A stretch of 63,644 nt of DNA, counting the filler, from Reticulomyxa filosa (lineage: Eukaryota; Protista; Foraminifera), in the NCBI GenBank assembly GCA_000512085.1. It is 19 parts of 19 records of this genome, joined end to end, with 100 filler letters (N's around TTAATTAATTAA, not from the genome) between each part and the next. Parts side by side here need not be neighbours in the genome. Positions count along the whole stretch, not along the records: positions 61,878 to 63,644 come from ASPP01003942.1; 18 more parts are not named here. One strand, given 5' to 3'. Shown here in pieces: positions 63,158-63,644 of this stretch (the first letter of the stretch is position 1; each line of letters starts with the position of its first letter). The notes below the pieces were generated by a model. The model had not been told where the DNA came from and did no database searches. It worked only from the letters and a program-made list of their open reading frames with translations. The position numbers were made by a program, and so were the translations under genes.

Positions 63158-63644
63158 TTATCTCCATATTTGAATTGTCTCGTCACTGGAACATGACACA
63201 ATTGTGCCACCATCTGATGAAATATCTAGCGCACTGCACTTAGTTTGGTTTTTCAAACTCTGTATTTCTTTTTCTGTTTTTACATCCCACAATCGAATTG
63301 TACAATCATTTGAACAAGATGCAATAGTTTGGCTATCTGAAAAATATTTCACATCATTAATAGCACCAGAATGTCCTTTTAATTTTTTCAGTTCTTTTCC
63401 TGATTCTACATCCCATATCCGAATTGTTGCGTCATATGAACAGGATAAAATAAATTTATCATTGGAAGAAAATTGTGCTTTCATTACAGTATTTCTATGT
63501 CCTTCAAAACTTTTTAACATTTTACCTGATTTTGCATCCCATTGTAATATTGTACAGTCGTCAGATGCTGATATTATCATTTGACCATCCGCTGAAAATT
63601 GTACATTTCTTATTCCGCTTGAATGCCATTTCAATACTTTAATC
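63158..63644 (-). CDS. WD40-repeat protein, C-terminal part
   Basis: Four WD40 blades, closely paralogous to 54791-55658. Confidence 0.92.
   Translation of the reverse strand, partial: IKVLKWHSSGIRNVQFSADGQMIISASDDCTILQWDAKSGKMLKSFEGHRNTVMKAQFSSNDKFILSCSYDATIRIWDVESGKELKKLKGHSGAINDVKYFSDSQTIASCSNDCTIRLWDVKTEKEIQSLKNQTKCSALDISSDGGTIVSCSSDETIQIWR

Overview
This window is not one continuous locus. It is 19 short eukaryotic contigs joined by an artificial 100-nt linker (N44-TTAATTAATTAA-N44), so gene order across linkers means nothing. The DNA is AT-rich and intron-rich, with poly-A/T tracts and several WD40 and Kelch-like paralogs. That fits a rhizarian (foraminiferan, Reticulomyxa-like) genome, which is an inference only. 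Recognisable genes, mostly partial and spliced: SAM-RING E3, RING/zf-TRAF, a 7TM-like protein, SLC26/SulP, TatD, actin, a TTP/ZFP36-type tandem CCCH protein (missed by the ORF track), a CDK-like kinase, mucin-like surface proteins, Vps39, FYVE-CAAX, ataxin-2/Pbp1, a matrin-type zinc finger, and WD40s. Mobile DNA: a decayed RNase H-bearing LINE, Tc1/mariner ends, and five copies of a ~190-200 bp LTR-like repeat. Main leads: (1) a 2'-5'-OAS-like nucleotidyltransferase with a Glu-substituted active site, apparently spliced to a WWE domain; (2) a Kelch propeller joined by four phase-0 introns to a PB1-like module and a paracaspase-like protease; (3) the LTR-like family, which may be self-priming; (4) unusual splice signals (GTT donors, A-rich/AAG acceptors). 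All domain calls are by-eye motif recognition; no searches were run.
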